A stretch of 64,000 bases of DNA from NCBI GenBank assembly GCA_016618085.1, contig JABLTG010000003.1, positions 1-64,000 of the forward strand, written 5' to 3'. This document shows, piece by piece, positions 1 through 11,837 of the stretch. This DNA comes from Neovahlkampfia damariscottae (taxonomy: Eukaryota). The translations under genes were made by a program, and so were the position numbers. The notes below the pieces were generated by a model, which saw nothing but the letters and a program-made list of their open reading frames with translations, ran no database searches and was not told the origin of the DNA. Position 1 is the stretch's first letter. Every line of letters begins with the position of its first letter.

Positions 1-837
1 AATTTTTGATGTACTTTTTAAACAATAATTTCTCAGTTCCTTTTTTGATTTTCCAATATTTTCTTTGTTTACACCATTGAGACATTGATTATAAGTCCAT
101 CTAGCACAACCCATCCATTGATTCAATGTGTTTTTTTCATTTTCATTTGGATAAAGTCGTATCTTCTTGCATTTGTCTGCTGGTTCCTTCTTTATTACTT
201 CCTTTTCTAACTTTACTTTTTTTGTTGCATTCGATGATTTCTGCTTCTTTTCTTTTCCTTTTCTTTTCTCCTGCTCTAAGTCCATGATGTTTGGCGGTAA
301 AAACTGTAACGATGGATAATAAGTCTTCGGCAAGATCGTTGGTTGGATCGGAGTTGACATCTTTATGTTGAACCACGATTTTGCCCTCAAACTTTTGGCA
401 TATTTGTTCAAGGAGTGGGTATCCAAATCTAACAAGTCGGTCTCGATGACTGATGACAAGCTCCGAGATATTTCCAGACATGATTTGGTCCACCAAGGTT
501 TTAAATCCTTTCCTTTCGAAGTTGACACCACTTCCAATGTCTTGGATGATTTCATGATTTGGTTATTCTCTTCGGAGGTCTTCCACTTGTCTTTCGAGGT
601 CCCCTTTTTGTTTTTGACTACTAACTCTGGCATAACATAACTTTCTCTTTTTCTTTTCAATACTTTCAACTCCAAAGACTCTTCTAATGTCATCACATCC
701 ATAGAGCCTTTTGTTTCCGATTGTTCGGATACTACTAATTTTTCCTTCATTTGCCCATCGTTTGAGTGTTGAATTACAAACTCCGTACTGTTCTCTGATT
801 TTTTTACTGGTGATATATTTTTCATTGCATTGATCAT
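1..837 (-). CDS. tnpB: TnpB/Fanzor2-type RNA-guided nuclease, N-terminal part (3'-truncated by window edge)
   Basis: Manual translation shows no stop from 843 to 1; first ATG is at 837 and the true start is uncertain. 168-88 encodes KKIRLYPNENEKNTLNQWMGCARWTYN (TnpB N-terminal HTH_OrfB-type motif). Upstream KDLKPWWTKSCLEISRSL..KSWF resembles the N-terminal extension of IS607-associated TnpB/Fanzor2. RuvC is outside the window. Confidence 0.85.
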   Translation of the reverse strand, partial: MINAMKNISPVKKSENSTEFVIQHSNDGQMKEKLVVSEQSETKGSMDVMTLEESLELKVLKRKRESYVMPELVVKNKKGTSKDKWKTSEENNQIMKSSKTLEVVSTSKGKDLKPWWTKSCLEISRSLSSVIETDLLDLDTHSLNKYAKSLRAKSWFNIKMSTPIQPTILPKTYYPSLQFLPPNIMDLEQEKRKGKEKKQKSSNATKKVKLEKEVIKKEPADKCKKIRLYPNENEKNTLNQWMGCARWTYNQCLNGVNKENIGKSKKELRNYCLKSTSKI

Positions 838-847
838 TATTGCTCAT
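143..847 (-). pseudogene. tnpA: IS607-type serine recombinase/transposase TnpA with one in-frame TAA at 563-565
   Basis: ORFs 563-847 and 143-496 are in the same frame. Joined, they read MerR-like HTH (GVCNSTLKRWANEGKI..IRTIGNKRLY), catalytic YARVSSQKQKGDLERQ, then LRRE*PNHEIIQDIGSGVNFERKGF, HRDRLVRFGY, DLAEDLLSIVTVF. Confidence 0.92.
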
Positions 848-1009
848 CAGCCTGCTCTATTAGTTTTCTTGGCGTCTTTTCTGATTTTTCCATCCATTTA
901 TAATTTTTCGGAATTTAGAAAATCTATATATAGTTCACAAACGATTCCGAATGGTCACTTTGTAACGGAAAAATCAAATATTCCGATTCAGTTTTTCTCT
1001 TCTTCACTT

Positions 1010-1693
1010 ATGTTTATTGTATCAAAAATAAAAGATAAAATAAGAATTGATCCAAATAATTTTGATAAAGAATATACACTGGCTATACAAAATGAAATAC
1101 ATTTAAAATACTGTAACAAAGTTCTTGGAAGTATTGGTTTTGTTATTAGTTTATATGAAATTCTTTCCATTGGAGATCCATATATTATACCAGGAGGTAA
1201 AATTAAATAACTTATTAATTATGAAACACTAGATGGAGCTTCTTATTGTGAAGTTGTTTTTTCTCTATCCATTTTCCGACCATTTTTAGGAGAAACTTTA
1301 ATTGGAACAATTGTAGAATCAAATTATGAAAAAGGACTTTCAATTAGTTTAGGATTTTTTTATGATATTGTAATACCACCACATTTATTACAAGAAAATA
1401 CAGAATTTAGTGAAGAAGATAAAATTTGGGTTTGGAAATATCAAAATGATGAAGATGAAGATGAGGAGTTATTACATTTAGATATTCATGAAAAAGTTCG
1501 TTTTGTTGTTCAAAGTATTCAATTTGAAGAGGATTCTTTATCAAAGGCACCTAAAATTGATCCAAATGGTGAAGTTTATAAACCAAATACTGCTCCTATG
1601 GTTATTTATGGTAGAATAAATGAAAGTGGTTTAGGTTGTTTGAGATGGTGGCAAAACGAAGTAGATGATGAAATTTTAGAAGAAACTATTTAA
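1010..1693 (+). CDS. RPC25: RNA polymerase III subunit RPC25/RPC8 (Rpb7 family); intron 1197-1232
   Basis: MFIVSKIKDKIRIDP..KYCNKVLGSIGFVISLYEI..PG/DGASY..FRPFLGETLIG..LGFFYDIVIP..GRINESGLGCLRWW. Confidence 0.9.
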
Positions 1694-1797
1694 AAATAAA
1701 GTTTTATGTGTTCATGATTCAACAATCCAAATTTGAAAAGTACTTAAAATTACTTTGTGATAATTTTTTCTGTTCAGTGTTTTTTTCTGATAGGTCA

Positions 1798-2589
1798 ATG
1801 TCATCTGTTAAAAAAGTTGTTGTGTTGGATGTTGGTGGAGTGATCATGGGTGATCTCTACAATGAATTACTTGGTGATTTATTAAAAGAATCATCGAAAT
1901 TTCAAGAAATCTACTCACAAGGACAAAAGTCTTGGAATTTATACAAAATTGGTATTCAAAATTATTTCATGCACTAAAATTCAATATAGGAGGTAATAAA
2001 AATATCAATTTAAAAAAAAGAGTTTGATGAAAATGAATTTTGGAATAGAATTATCAAAAACTCACCTATCAAAGAAGAGTTAATACATTTAAAAAAAATT
2101 GAAAAAGAAACTGATTTATTAAAATATTTAAAAGATAAAATTAGAGAAACTAGATTTCAAGATTATAGAAATACTATAGAATTTGCTCAAGAATTATCAA
2201 AAAGAGATGATTTGATATTAGGAATTTTATCAAATCATGCAAACGTAAGAACAAAAAAATAATCAAAATACTAGGAATGGTTTCAATATGTTTTTGAAAA
2301 ATTTCCAGAATTGAATCAAATTTTCAAAAAAGAGTTGATTGTTGTTTCTTGTTATGAAAAACAAGCTAAACCTTATAAAGAATTTTATGAAACACTTTTG
2401 AACAAGATATTTCAACAATATCCTGAAATTAAAGTTGAACAAGTAGCTTTTGTTGATGATAAACAAAAAAATGTTGAATCTGCGAAAGAATTGGGAATTT
2501 TTGGAATTCATTTTCATTCAGGGAAAAATGAATTGAGAGTTTTGAAAGAAGAGTTGATTAAATTTGGAATTGATTTAGAATCTGAATAG
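1798..2589 (+). CDS. HAD-superfamily hydrolase/phosphatase (spliced)
   Basis: Motif I VVLDVGGVI, motif II GILSN, motif III AKP, motif IV FVDDKQKNVESAKELGI. Confidence 0.85.
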
Positions 2590-2956
2590 AACTAGTTGAA
2601 ATGAATTTTTATTTAAAATTGTGAAAAAAATAATGTTTTATTTTTCCATAAGTTTAATAAAAATATCTTCCAAGAATGTTGAGACAATCCCAAAAACGAA
2701 AATATTCATTTTTCTTAAAAATCTAAGTTTATTTCTCGCTGGATCAATTGTGCATTTTTTGGAAAAGTGAATTCATTAGTTCTCGGATGTCAGCCACGTT
2801 ACAAGAATTTTCCAAAATTTGCAAACAACCTTTTGAACTATTTTGTTTTTTCAATCTCCGAGATTGACAAAAAATGTTATTTTTAACGGTCAAAGAGTTA
2901 ACCAATGAAACAACTTTTTTTTTTTTGTTGACCTTGTGAGACAAAACCAAAAAATA

Positions 2957-5900
2957 ATGGACCCAGATAGTCAACAGAAAAATGTCAGAAAAGGTCATCT
3001 CAGTATAAAAATCAAAGACGGAACAGTTGTAAAAATACCAGCATTGAACGTAGAACCAATTGTCGAAGAAAGAGAATCCAACAAAGAAGAATTTGAAAAT
3101 AATGGTTCAGAATATTTTAAAAAATTCTTTAGTCGTATAAAAGATAAAATAGATTCAAAAAGAGATGAAAAAAATAATAAATTAGCCAAATTCATGTCAA
3201 CTTTAATGAATACCTCACCACCAAACAAATGGTTCGAAGCCTTCGCAAAAATAATACAATCATTACAATTCATGGCTCTTTTAGTTATACCACTTTTACC
3301 ATTAGGATATTATTCAAGTTGGATTATGAAGATTTATACATTCATTTTTCTTGGTGGAGCTTATGGAAATACTTTATTTCATTTTTCATTTTTTGTCGGA
3401 ACTTTTTTTACATTTTTACTTTTAAGTTTAACATATTTTGCTTCAAAAACCGAAAATGAAAGTGCTTTTTATTTTTTAGGTTTTTTTGTTAAGTTATCAT
3501 CACTTTTTTATATACCTTCAATTATTGGAAGTTTATCCATTATTTTCAAATTAAAAGATGCTTCTTGGACAATTTTAGATTTATATATTTGGTTTTTCGG
3601 TGTGTTTGGTATATTTCAAGCAATTTTGTTATTTAGTATTACCTACTTTTATACAATTTTGTAAATTTATTTAACATTAATTTTTTGAAAAGTTATTACA
3701 ATTGGATACCACAATTGGAAGGAGAATGGTCACTTTTTTCAAGACCTCATTCAAGATTTGATTTATTTTCATTAATTGGAACTACAATTATTTGTGTATT
3801 TTATCATTTCACATCATTCTCTTATTTGAATTATATCACGGTTTCAGTGAATATGATCATAGTTTTTTCATTAATAATTGCTTTTATTTACTATAATCCA
3901 TACTACAGTAATCATTTCAACCGAATTATGATCACTTTTTTAATTGAAAAATTTTTTGTCACTGTTGTTATGTTTATCACAAGTAATCAGTCAAAAAAAG
4001 TTAAATTTTTTTTTCAGCAATTGTTAATCGATATTTCTTGATTGAATATACATTACCAACATGGATCGGTTGTATTTTCTTTGGAGTTCTATTTGGTGTT
4101 TTAGTGCCATCGTAAAAAAAAAAAAAAAATTCACTTTTTTAGAGCAAGAAGTTTTGTTTCTTGGATTATTATTAATTCAGATGTCACAAAGTTCTTCAAT
4201 CCAGTTGACGTTGAATTAGGTGCTCGTTATTTAATCCATGATGATGATATTGATTATTGTGATCAAGTTTATAAGAATTTACGAAACAAATTTGAAAGAT
4301 CAATACTTTTTCATTTATATTGGGCATCACATTTATTCATTGTTTCAAAAACACCTTTAAAAGCGTTGCTTGTTCTTGATTCAGTAATTTTACATTTCTT
4401 TTTTTTAACATTAATAGATTGCTGAAAAATCTATGAGTCTTGATCTCAAATTAAATTTCTTACTTCGAAGATATTTATTCAGAGATAATGTTGAAAGATT
4501 TCCAGATCCAGAATCACATGCTGTTGGTGTTAAAAAAGCCAAACAATTTGATATTGAAGCAAGAAAGTTACATTTGATGTTTTGGTATTCTTTGGTCAAT
4601 TATTCAGATTCAATGTTTCAAAAAGACATGTTCATTCCACAATTGGTTGAAAAAATAGTAAAAGTTGAAAATGAAGCCAAAGATGCTTATTCAAAAATAA
4701 TGGAAATGCAAGATTCAAAAGTATTCAAAGAATACTCAAAATTTGCTGAAGAAGTATTAAATGAAGTTGATAGTGCTCAACAATATTATGCAAGAGCATT
4801 GGAAATAGAAGCTTTGGAATATGAAAAAGAGTTAGAAACAGACAGAGAATTGGAAGACGATGATGAACAATATAAATTTGGTGATTATGAAAAAGAACCT
4901 GCCAAAGCACTTGGAGACATTGAGTTATCATCAGCTGAAGATTTAAGCGGAAAATATGGTGCCAATATCGATGAAGAAGGAAATACGAATGTTGTAGAAC
5001 AAAAAAATGTTAAATCTCCAGATGAAAATTTGACTGGAGAGTTATTATCAGGAGGGAGATATGGTCAAAGCGAGGATGAATTTTCTGGCTCAAAAATCAG
5101 TGATCAGCAAATTGCTGAAATTAATGATGGAGCCAATCCTGATACAGATGATTCACTTGAAAATGGTTATGGTTTGAACATTGATGAAGAAGGAAATTAT
5201 AAAAGTTCTAATCATTCAGAAGAATTTCTTGATCCAGAAGATGGAAATGTATCTGGGAGATATGGTGGAAATTTTTCTGAAGAAAAATCATCTGGAAGGA
5301 ATGGACATTTAACAGATGAAGATGATGATAATGAACCAACAAAAGTTCACGAAGAACTCATTGAAATCATTGATGAGTCCAAAGATAGAAACAAAATCTC
5401 AGTTCCAAAGATCAACATTGAAGATACAAAAAATGAAAAGAAAAGTGGAAAAAAGATTAATTTAAGAGATTTTACTAACAAGAGAAAATCTCATTTTACA
5501 CCTGAAGCAGAATTCTTTGATCAAATGAAAGAAGAATTACCAAAAAAGAATATCATGATACCAAAATTAAATTTTGGCGTCGAAGAAAATTTCCAAGAGA
5601 ATTACAATGCAAGTTTGGTGAAGAATTTAGGTCAAGAAACATTTCGATCAGATTTAATTATTGCAAAAGATGATGATATTTCATTGAATTCTGGAATCTC
5701 AGATGATGATGTTTTAGATGAAAGAAATACAATTGGTGCAGATGAAAGAATTTTAGAACGTGTACTTGCTGAAAAGATCAACCAATTTATGACATCAAAA
5801 AATTCAACTTATTTCTGCTTGTTTGGAACTTTAACCGCTTTCGTTTTATTGATCTTTCTAATCGTCTTTTTAATCGCATTTATTGATATTGGATTATTTT

Positions 5901-8583
5901 CTGTTCAAATGCTTCCTTTAATTGCATCTGGTAAAACTTTGTCATTATCACAAAGAATTGCTTTTGAAACTGCTGCTGCTCAAGATACTGCATCAACCAA
6001 TAAATATCAAACTGGTTTATTATCATTTAATGAAACCATGTTTAGATTAAAAAAGGATGTTACTCAGTACTCTCATTTCACAAATCAATTTGACTCTTCA
6101 GTAAACAAGTTAAGAAGAGAATGTAGTTTCACTTGTTATCTTGCTGAAGAGTTATCCAATTTATGGAATTCACCAACTCATTTAGTAAAATACTATAATC
6201 AATTCAATGGAAACAAAGTTACAGAATTAACATCTTTGAGAGAACATGAATTTAATTATATTCAATCATCAAGAAAATTAAGTTTATTATCAAAAAATGA
6301 ATTTAAAAATTCAATAATTTCACCTGAATATAATTATGTCTTGGATAATGTTGATGTTCAACTCAATGAAACAAACAAAATTCAAACAATTTTCTTCCAC
6401 GTTAATCTTGGAACAACTGGATTAATTGGTATTTTTGGATTGATTTTATTGATGTCATTTTTATTTACTATTATTCCATTTTGTTGTTCTTATTATGAAA
6501 TGAAATTAAAAAGATTTAAATCATTGATTTTATATGATGAATTAGAATTCAGCAAAGTTTTGGATCAAATTTATTCAAATTTAAAAGCACGTGATATTTT
6601 AACATCAGACAATCATAAACAAAGATCAGCAAAATATTTTGCAAATTTAGAAACTACCAGTTCATTTTTGAGTAAATTTAAAAGAGGAATATTTGGTAAC
6701 ATTTGTTATTACTTTTGTATTTCTATCATTGTAATCATTTTCATATTGATTTCTATATTTTCAATTTATGGATGTTATTTTTATATGTACTCTTTCATTT
6801 CATCAGATTTGAAATGTTCAGGTGAAAGATATGCTATTACAAGCAGAATTCAATTTTTAGTCCAAGAAATTCAAAGATTTCCAGGCAATTCAACATTATA
6901 TCATTCATCATTGGATTCAAATTTATCCAATTTATTGAAAGTTCATCGTGGAATTTTGAATGGAGATTCATCAATTGGTTGTGTAGCATCAAGTGGAAGA
7001 TATTTTAAACAAGATAATTTAATGAATAATGAGAGATGTGGAATCAATTCAACAACAAATCTTGAATGTATGTCTGTGAATTCATTGGTTCAATGGTACA
7101 GAACAACTGCAACTCAATTGAGAAATACTCAATCCACGACAGTATTTGAAGAGTTCAAAACAGCTGAATTACAATACTTATATCCTTTATTGGAACATTC
7201 ACAAAATTTATTTTTGGAAGAAGGTGTTGTTTATGCTGACATCATGTTTAATGCATTAATGTTCGTTTTTATATTGAGTATTGTGGTTTTGGTATCATTA
7301 TATTTTGGTTTTGTGTTACCTATTTTAGAAGAAATTGGAAATGAAAATGAAACAACAAAGAGAATGTTATCCATGGTTCCTTTGAAAACTGTATTCACTC
7401 ATCATCCAATCAGAGATTACTACAATTCTGAAATATTCAATCAAGTACCACAAGCACCAGAATACAAAGAAGAAGCACAACTGTATTGGAATACACTTGA
7501 ATATGGTTTGAATCCAATTATAATTTTCAGAAAACAAAATGATCAATTATTGATAATTCATGTGAACAAGTAACTATTCAAAAAATTCATCTTTTTTTTA
7601 GAATTGCAAGAAAACTATTTGGATATGATTCTTCCATGAAAGATCGACCTTTAATCAATCTCTTCCCTGCTCAAGAACAAAAAATATCAGATATGATTTC
7701 AATTGCAAAAGCTATCATTGATATGGGTGGTAGTAATGAATCCGTTGCATTAAAAGCAATTACTAAATCAGGTCGTGAATTTAGTATCAATGGAACAGTA
7801 AATTTGAATAATTTTTTTAAATCTTCATTTTAGTTTACAAATTCTAAAGTTGGAAGAGATACAATTTATGTCATGCAATTAGAAGAAGAAAATTCAATTA
7901 AATCTGAAATTATGAAAGAAAAAGATTCAACCATCAATTCTCTTTTGTACAATAACATTCCACAACAATATATAAATTTAATACAATCAGGACAACCTTC
8001 AATTTATAATTCATTGAAAAGTATTACAGTTGTTGCAATTGAAATATTGAATGTAAACAAATATAATATTTTGACACTTTTTTTTTAGATTGATCAATTA
8101 TTGACTGAAGGAAATGACAAAGAAAAATCTGAAATATTGAATTGTATAACTAATCTTTTTTCCAAATTGGTTGAAGAATATGATATTCAACAAATTCAAT
8201 CAGGATTTGGTGTTTCTCTTTTTGCATTGGACATTTTTGATGTTCATGATAAAGAAACAAGAATTTCAAATGTATTGTCATTTGCATTGCAAGCAGTTCA
8301 AGATTTCAAGAAAATTAATGATGCAAAGAAAATGAATTTCAAAATTGCTGTTGGTGTTAGTGATGGAGCAGGTGTTTTTTCAATTAAACAATCAAATGAA
8401 AATAATAGAAAATCAAGATATACAGTAGAACTTTATGGAAATTGTGTAAATTCTGCAATTGGAGCTTTGAAAAAAGGAAAAGAATCTGAAATTGTAACAA
8501 CATCCACTGTATATGAACAAGTGAAAGATGATTTTGAATTTATACAAATCGATAAATATTATCAATTAAAATTGAATATTTAA
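2957..8583 (+). CDS. Large multi-pass membrane protein with acidic region, PAS-like segment and C-terminal degenerate class III nucleotide cyclase domain (multi-exon)
   Basis: Several TM clusters, ENETTKRMLSMVP linker, and a cyclase-like tail (LLYNNIP..KIAVGVSDG..VELYGNCVNSA..EIVTTSTVYEQVKDDFEF); short GT-AG introns connect the ORFs. Confidence 0.65.
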
Positions 8584-8602
8584 ATAAATAGTTTTTAATA
8601 TA

Positions 8603-10695
8603 TTATTTGTTGAAATAGTTGGCATAATGATCTAATATTTTTAATTCTTTTTGATAAACATCATAACGAAATGCAACTCTAATTTCTGGAATATTTGATT
8701 TTTCAACATCATTTCCATAAATACCAGGTTTTTGATATTCATCACCTAACCATTTTTTTTTTTGTTCAATAGAAAATCCAGATTGTAAAACTGAATTTCT
8801 TGCAATTTCTGACATGTCTACAGTTGTGAGTTTCCAAATTTGAGCAGCTGCTGAGTATTCTTCAATTAATGGTTGTTCTGTTGAATGAAATTGTAATGGA
8901 TCGTCTGTTGAAAGTGTTACATTTAATCCTTTTTTGAAGAAATCATAAAATGGATTTTCACCATAATTCATAAATAATACATTATTTGATAAAGGTGAAA
9001 CTGATAAACCAATCTTTTCTAAGTAATAAAGGTATTGGAGTGATGCAGATAATTTCAATTGAATTCCATGATTAATTGAATTTGCAAGTAAGAAACAATC
9101 AGCTAAATGATAAGGTGATCCTGCTTCTCCAGCATGAGGTCTGAATGCAAATGTTGACAAACCTCTTGATTCACGTAATTTATTGAGAGAATAAATGTTT
9201 GCGTATGTGAAGTACATGTAATAAGCATAACAAGGATTTGATGATGTCCAATCTTTTGGATGTTTATGAATAGGTGATTCCTCGAATGATGATTCATCAT
9301 CACAACTATCAAAAGCTACCACATCCTTTAAAAATTCAGCTAATTCAGGATGTGACATAGGGTTGATAGTTGTTTCAAATAAAGGTAAAAATAGGTCTGA
9401 AGAGGTTAAAGTATTTTGATTGGTTCTTACTAAGAAGATATTCTTCAAAATTAGCGACTTTTTTTGATTTTGAAAGATAATCAAATATTCTTGGGAATTG
9501 AATCATCCATTTATTTGACGGTGATGATAACTTATTGTCAAGATACCCTATGAAATTTAGTGGAATATTTGTTTACACTTTGCTAAAGTATCCCATTCAT
9601 TTGGGTCTCTACCATATATTGATAATCTGTATTCAGTAAAACAATACTTTTTCTTTTCATTTCTAAGTAAAATTTCTTTTGTCAATTCACCAAAATATTT
9701 TCCATCAATCTGTGAGGTGGAAATTAATAATTGAAAATTTTTACATCATTTGAAGATTTCATAAAGATTGTTCTTAATTCACTCATTCCACAAGGATTAT
9801 ATTTTGCATTGAATTTATCAAATCTTTGAAATAAACTTCTATCTGCATGACAATCAAGAAAATCGGTTGTCAAATCTTTTGGTTGTGGATGAACTTGTTC
9901 CAAAACATCTTTTAAACATAAAAATTCACCTGACTTATCTTTAAGTACATGTTTCTAAATAAGGAATTTTCAATTTTAATTTTTTTTTTACTTCTGGTTC
10001 TGAATCTAATTTTTTCAAAATAAAGGATAATAAATGTCTTCCTGTCATAGCAGCTGCTAGATGAACATGATTATCAACTTTGGTGATGTTAAAAAAATCT
10101 CTTGAATCAGTTTGTGTTGCATGAGCTTCCAAATCAGAATTTAAAAGTTGGTGAAAATCATATAATCCACTTAAAATATCAATTCTTTTTTGTGTATATG
10201 TTGTGACTTCACCAGATTGAACAATTTTTAATAATTTCAATCTTGTTTCTAAAAATTCTTCAAGTGACATTGGAGCCTTAAATATTGGATCTTTAATAAC
10301 TAAAAAAAAAGTTTAAGAGGTTTTTATATATACATAAATTATCAACACTGAAAACTTCAATAACTCCATTGACGCATTGGAGAACAACCTTGTGAAAATT
10401 AAGTTTTTTCTTTTTTTACTTTTTCATCAACGTTGATTTTTGGTTCGGCATTTGGTTGGAATACATATTTTCTTCTCATATCAATACAATCTTTTAAAAG
10501 GTTTGCTACTTTTGAAGTTTCTTTGGACACTTCAAGCACTTCTTCTTTCAAATTCACTCTGGCATATTCATTTTCACGGTTGAATGAAGGTCTTCGATTT
10601 GATAAAGGTGTATTACCATCAAAGCTTAAATTATCAAAAGTGAAAACACTTTTTATCAAAGGCGTGACGTTTTCTCCACGATAAATTGGGTTCAT
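8603..10695 (-). CDS. AMPD: AMP deaminase (multi-exon)
   Basis: KVDNHVHLAAAM, FRPHAGEAG, INHGI, SPLSNN, LSTDDPLQFH, EIARNSVLQSGF. Confidence 0.95.
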
Positions 10696-11177
10696 TTTTA
10701 TTGGTTAATTCTTCATTCTCCAATCCACCACAAAATAAAAAAATACTTGTGAATTATCATTGATTTAAATTACATTAACTCACTGTTTTTCTTTTCTATT
10801 GATATTACCGTTTTATATCACATCTTCTCATTAGAAAATATTCAAGATCCAAAGATTTATCTAGAATGGTGAAATTTAAATTGAAAAAGATGAAGAAAAT
10901 GACAAAAATCTCTCAAGTTATTCAACTAAATTCCAATATGCCAAAAAGAAAGTGCTTTGGAAAAGAAAAAAACAAAATGAAATCAAGTCACATCAAAATT
11001 GGAAAGTGAAAACGACAAATTAAGGTCTTTTTTCTGTGCAACTTTTCAAAATTCACATCATTCGCTTATAAATAAGACGTTGGTTTCGAACATTTTTCAT
11101 TCGTCGAGAAGTTTTGGAACCTCTATTATAAAAACAAATCTGATTCAAAAAAATCTCATCAAAAAACTCTTACAACA

Positions 11178-11837
11178 ATGATCAAACAACTCATCATCGT
11201 TTTATTATGCTTATTTGCTATTGCTCATGGTAGATACATCGTTCAAAGAATCTTCCACAAAGAAGATACAAACTGCGATTCACCTACTATTCTTGGTTCT
11301 TTTTTTGAAGACACCAAATGCTATTCAACTGGAAGAACTATTCAAAGAACCACTTGCAACACTACTCATGTCAACATTGATTTTGAATGCAATCTTGAAT
11401 GCACAAGATGTGGAAGATCAATTTCATACCCAAGAGATAAGTGTATTACTGGATTCATCAATGTGCATTTTTCATGCCCTGAAACACTCCCAACTCTTAA
11501 AGACAAAGGAATTTATCTCCGTTCATTCACAAATTCAAAATGCAATAATTATCCACCTGGAGACCATGGTTTCTTCTTAACTGATGAATTATGCAATTCA
11601 AACTCACCGCAAAAAGAGGTATTTGGATTACTCAATTCTGGTACTTCACCATCTTCACAAAAAGGATATTTCGATAGAACAGAAAACGTCTACAAATTAG
11701 AAGATTATGAAAAAGAAAACTGTAAAGGAAGAATGATTAAATCAAATAAATTCCCAGTTGATAAATGCATGAAGGTTCCTGAACCAAACTTCAAAACAAT
11801 TCAACCAGCAACTCATGCAATTCTTTCAAAGAAATAA
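11178..11837 (+). CDS. Secreted cysteine-rich protein, unknown function
   Basis: Signal peptide MIKQLIIVLLCLFAIAHG, many Cys, intronless 219 aa. Confidence 0.75.
   Translation: MIKQLIIVLLCLFAIAHGRYIVQRIFHKEDTNCDSPTILGSFFEDTKCYSTGRTIQRTTCNTTHVNIDFECNLECTRCGRSISYPRDKCITGFINVHFSCPETLPTLKDKGIYLRSFTNSKCNNYPPGDHGFFLTDELCNSNSPQKEVFGLLNSGTSPSSQKGYFDRTENVYKLEDYEKENCKGRMIKSNKFPVDKCMKVPEPNFKTIQPATHAILSKK

Larger units (their letters stand above)
1..1009 (-). mobile_element. IS607-family element (serine recombinase TnpA + TnpB/Fanzor2); only the 5' part is in the window, end lies somewhere in 848-1009
   Basis: tnpA-like and tnpB-like ORFs overlap on the minus strand with no introns seen. GC is higher than the flanking host gene (25/60 G+C at 301-360 vs 10/60 at 1021-1080). 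Exact terminus not identified. Confidence 0.85.

Noticed and set aside
563..565. Alternative genetic code (TAA as a sense codon)
   Set aside because: Host genes end at TAA normally and show no internal TAA in conserved exons, so this is an isolated lesion.
365..640. 91-aa plus-strand ORF
   Set aside because: Antisense shadow of tnpA/tnpB with no recognisable motif.
830..1009. N-terminal extension of ORF 830-1210
   Set aside because: RPC25 homology begins at the ATG at 1010; the upstream part is spacer or element end.
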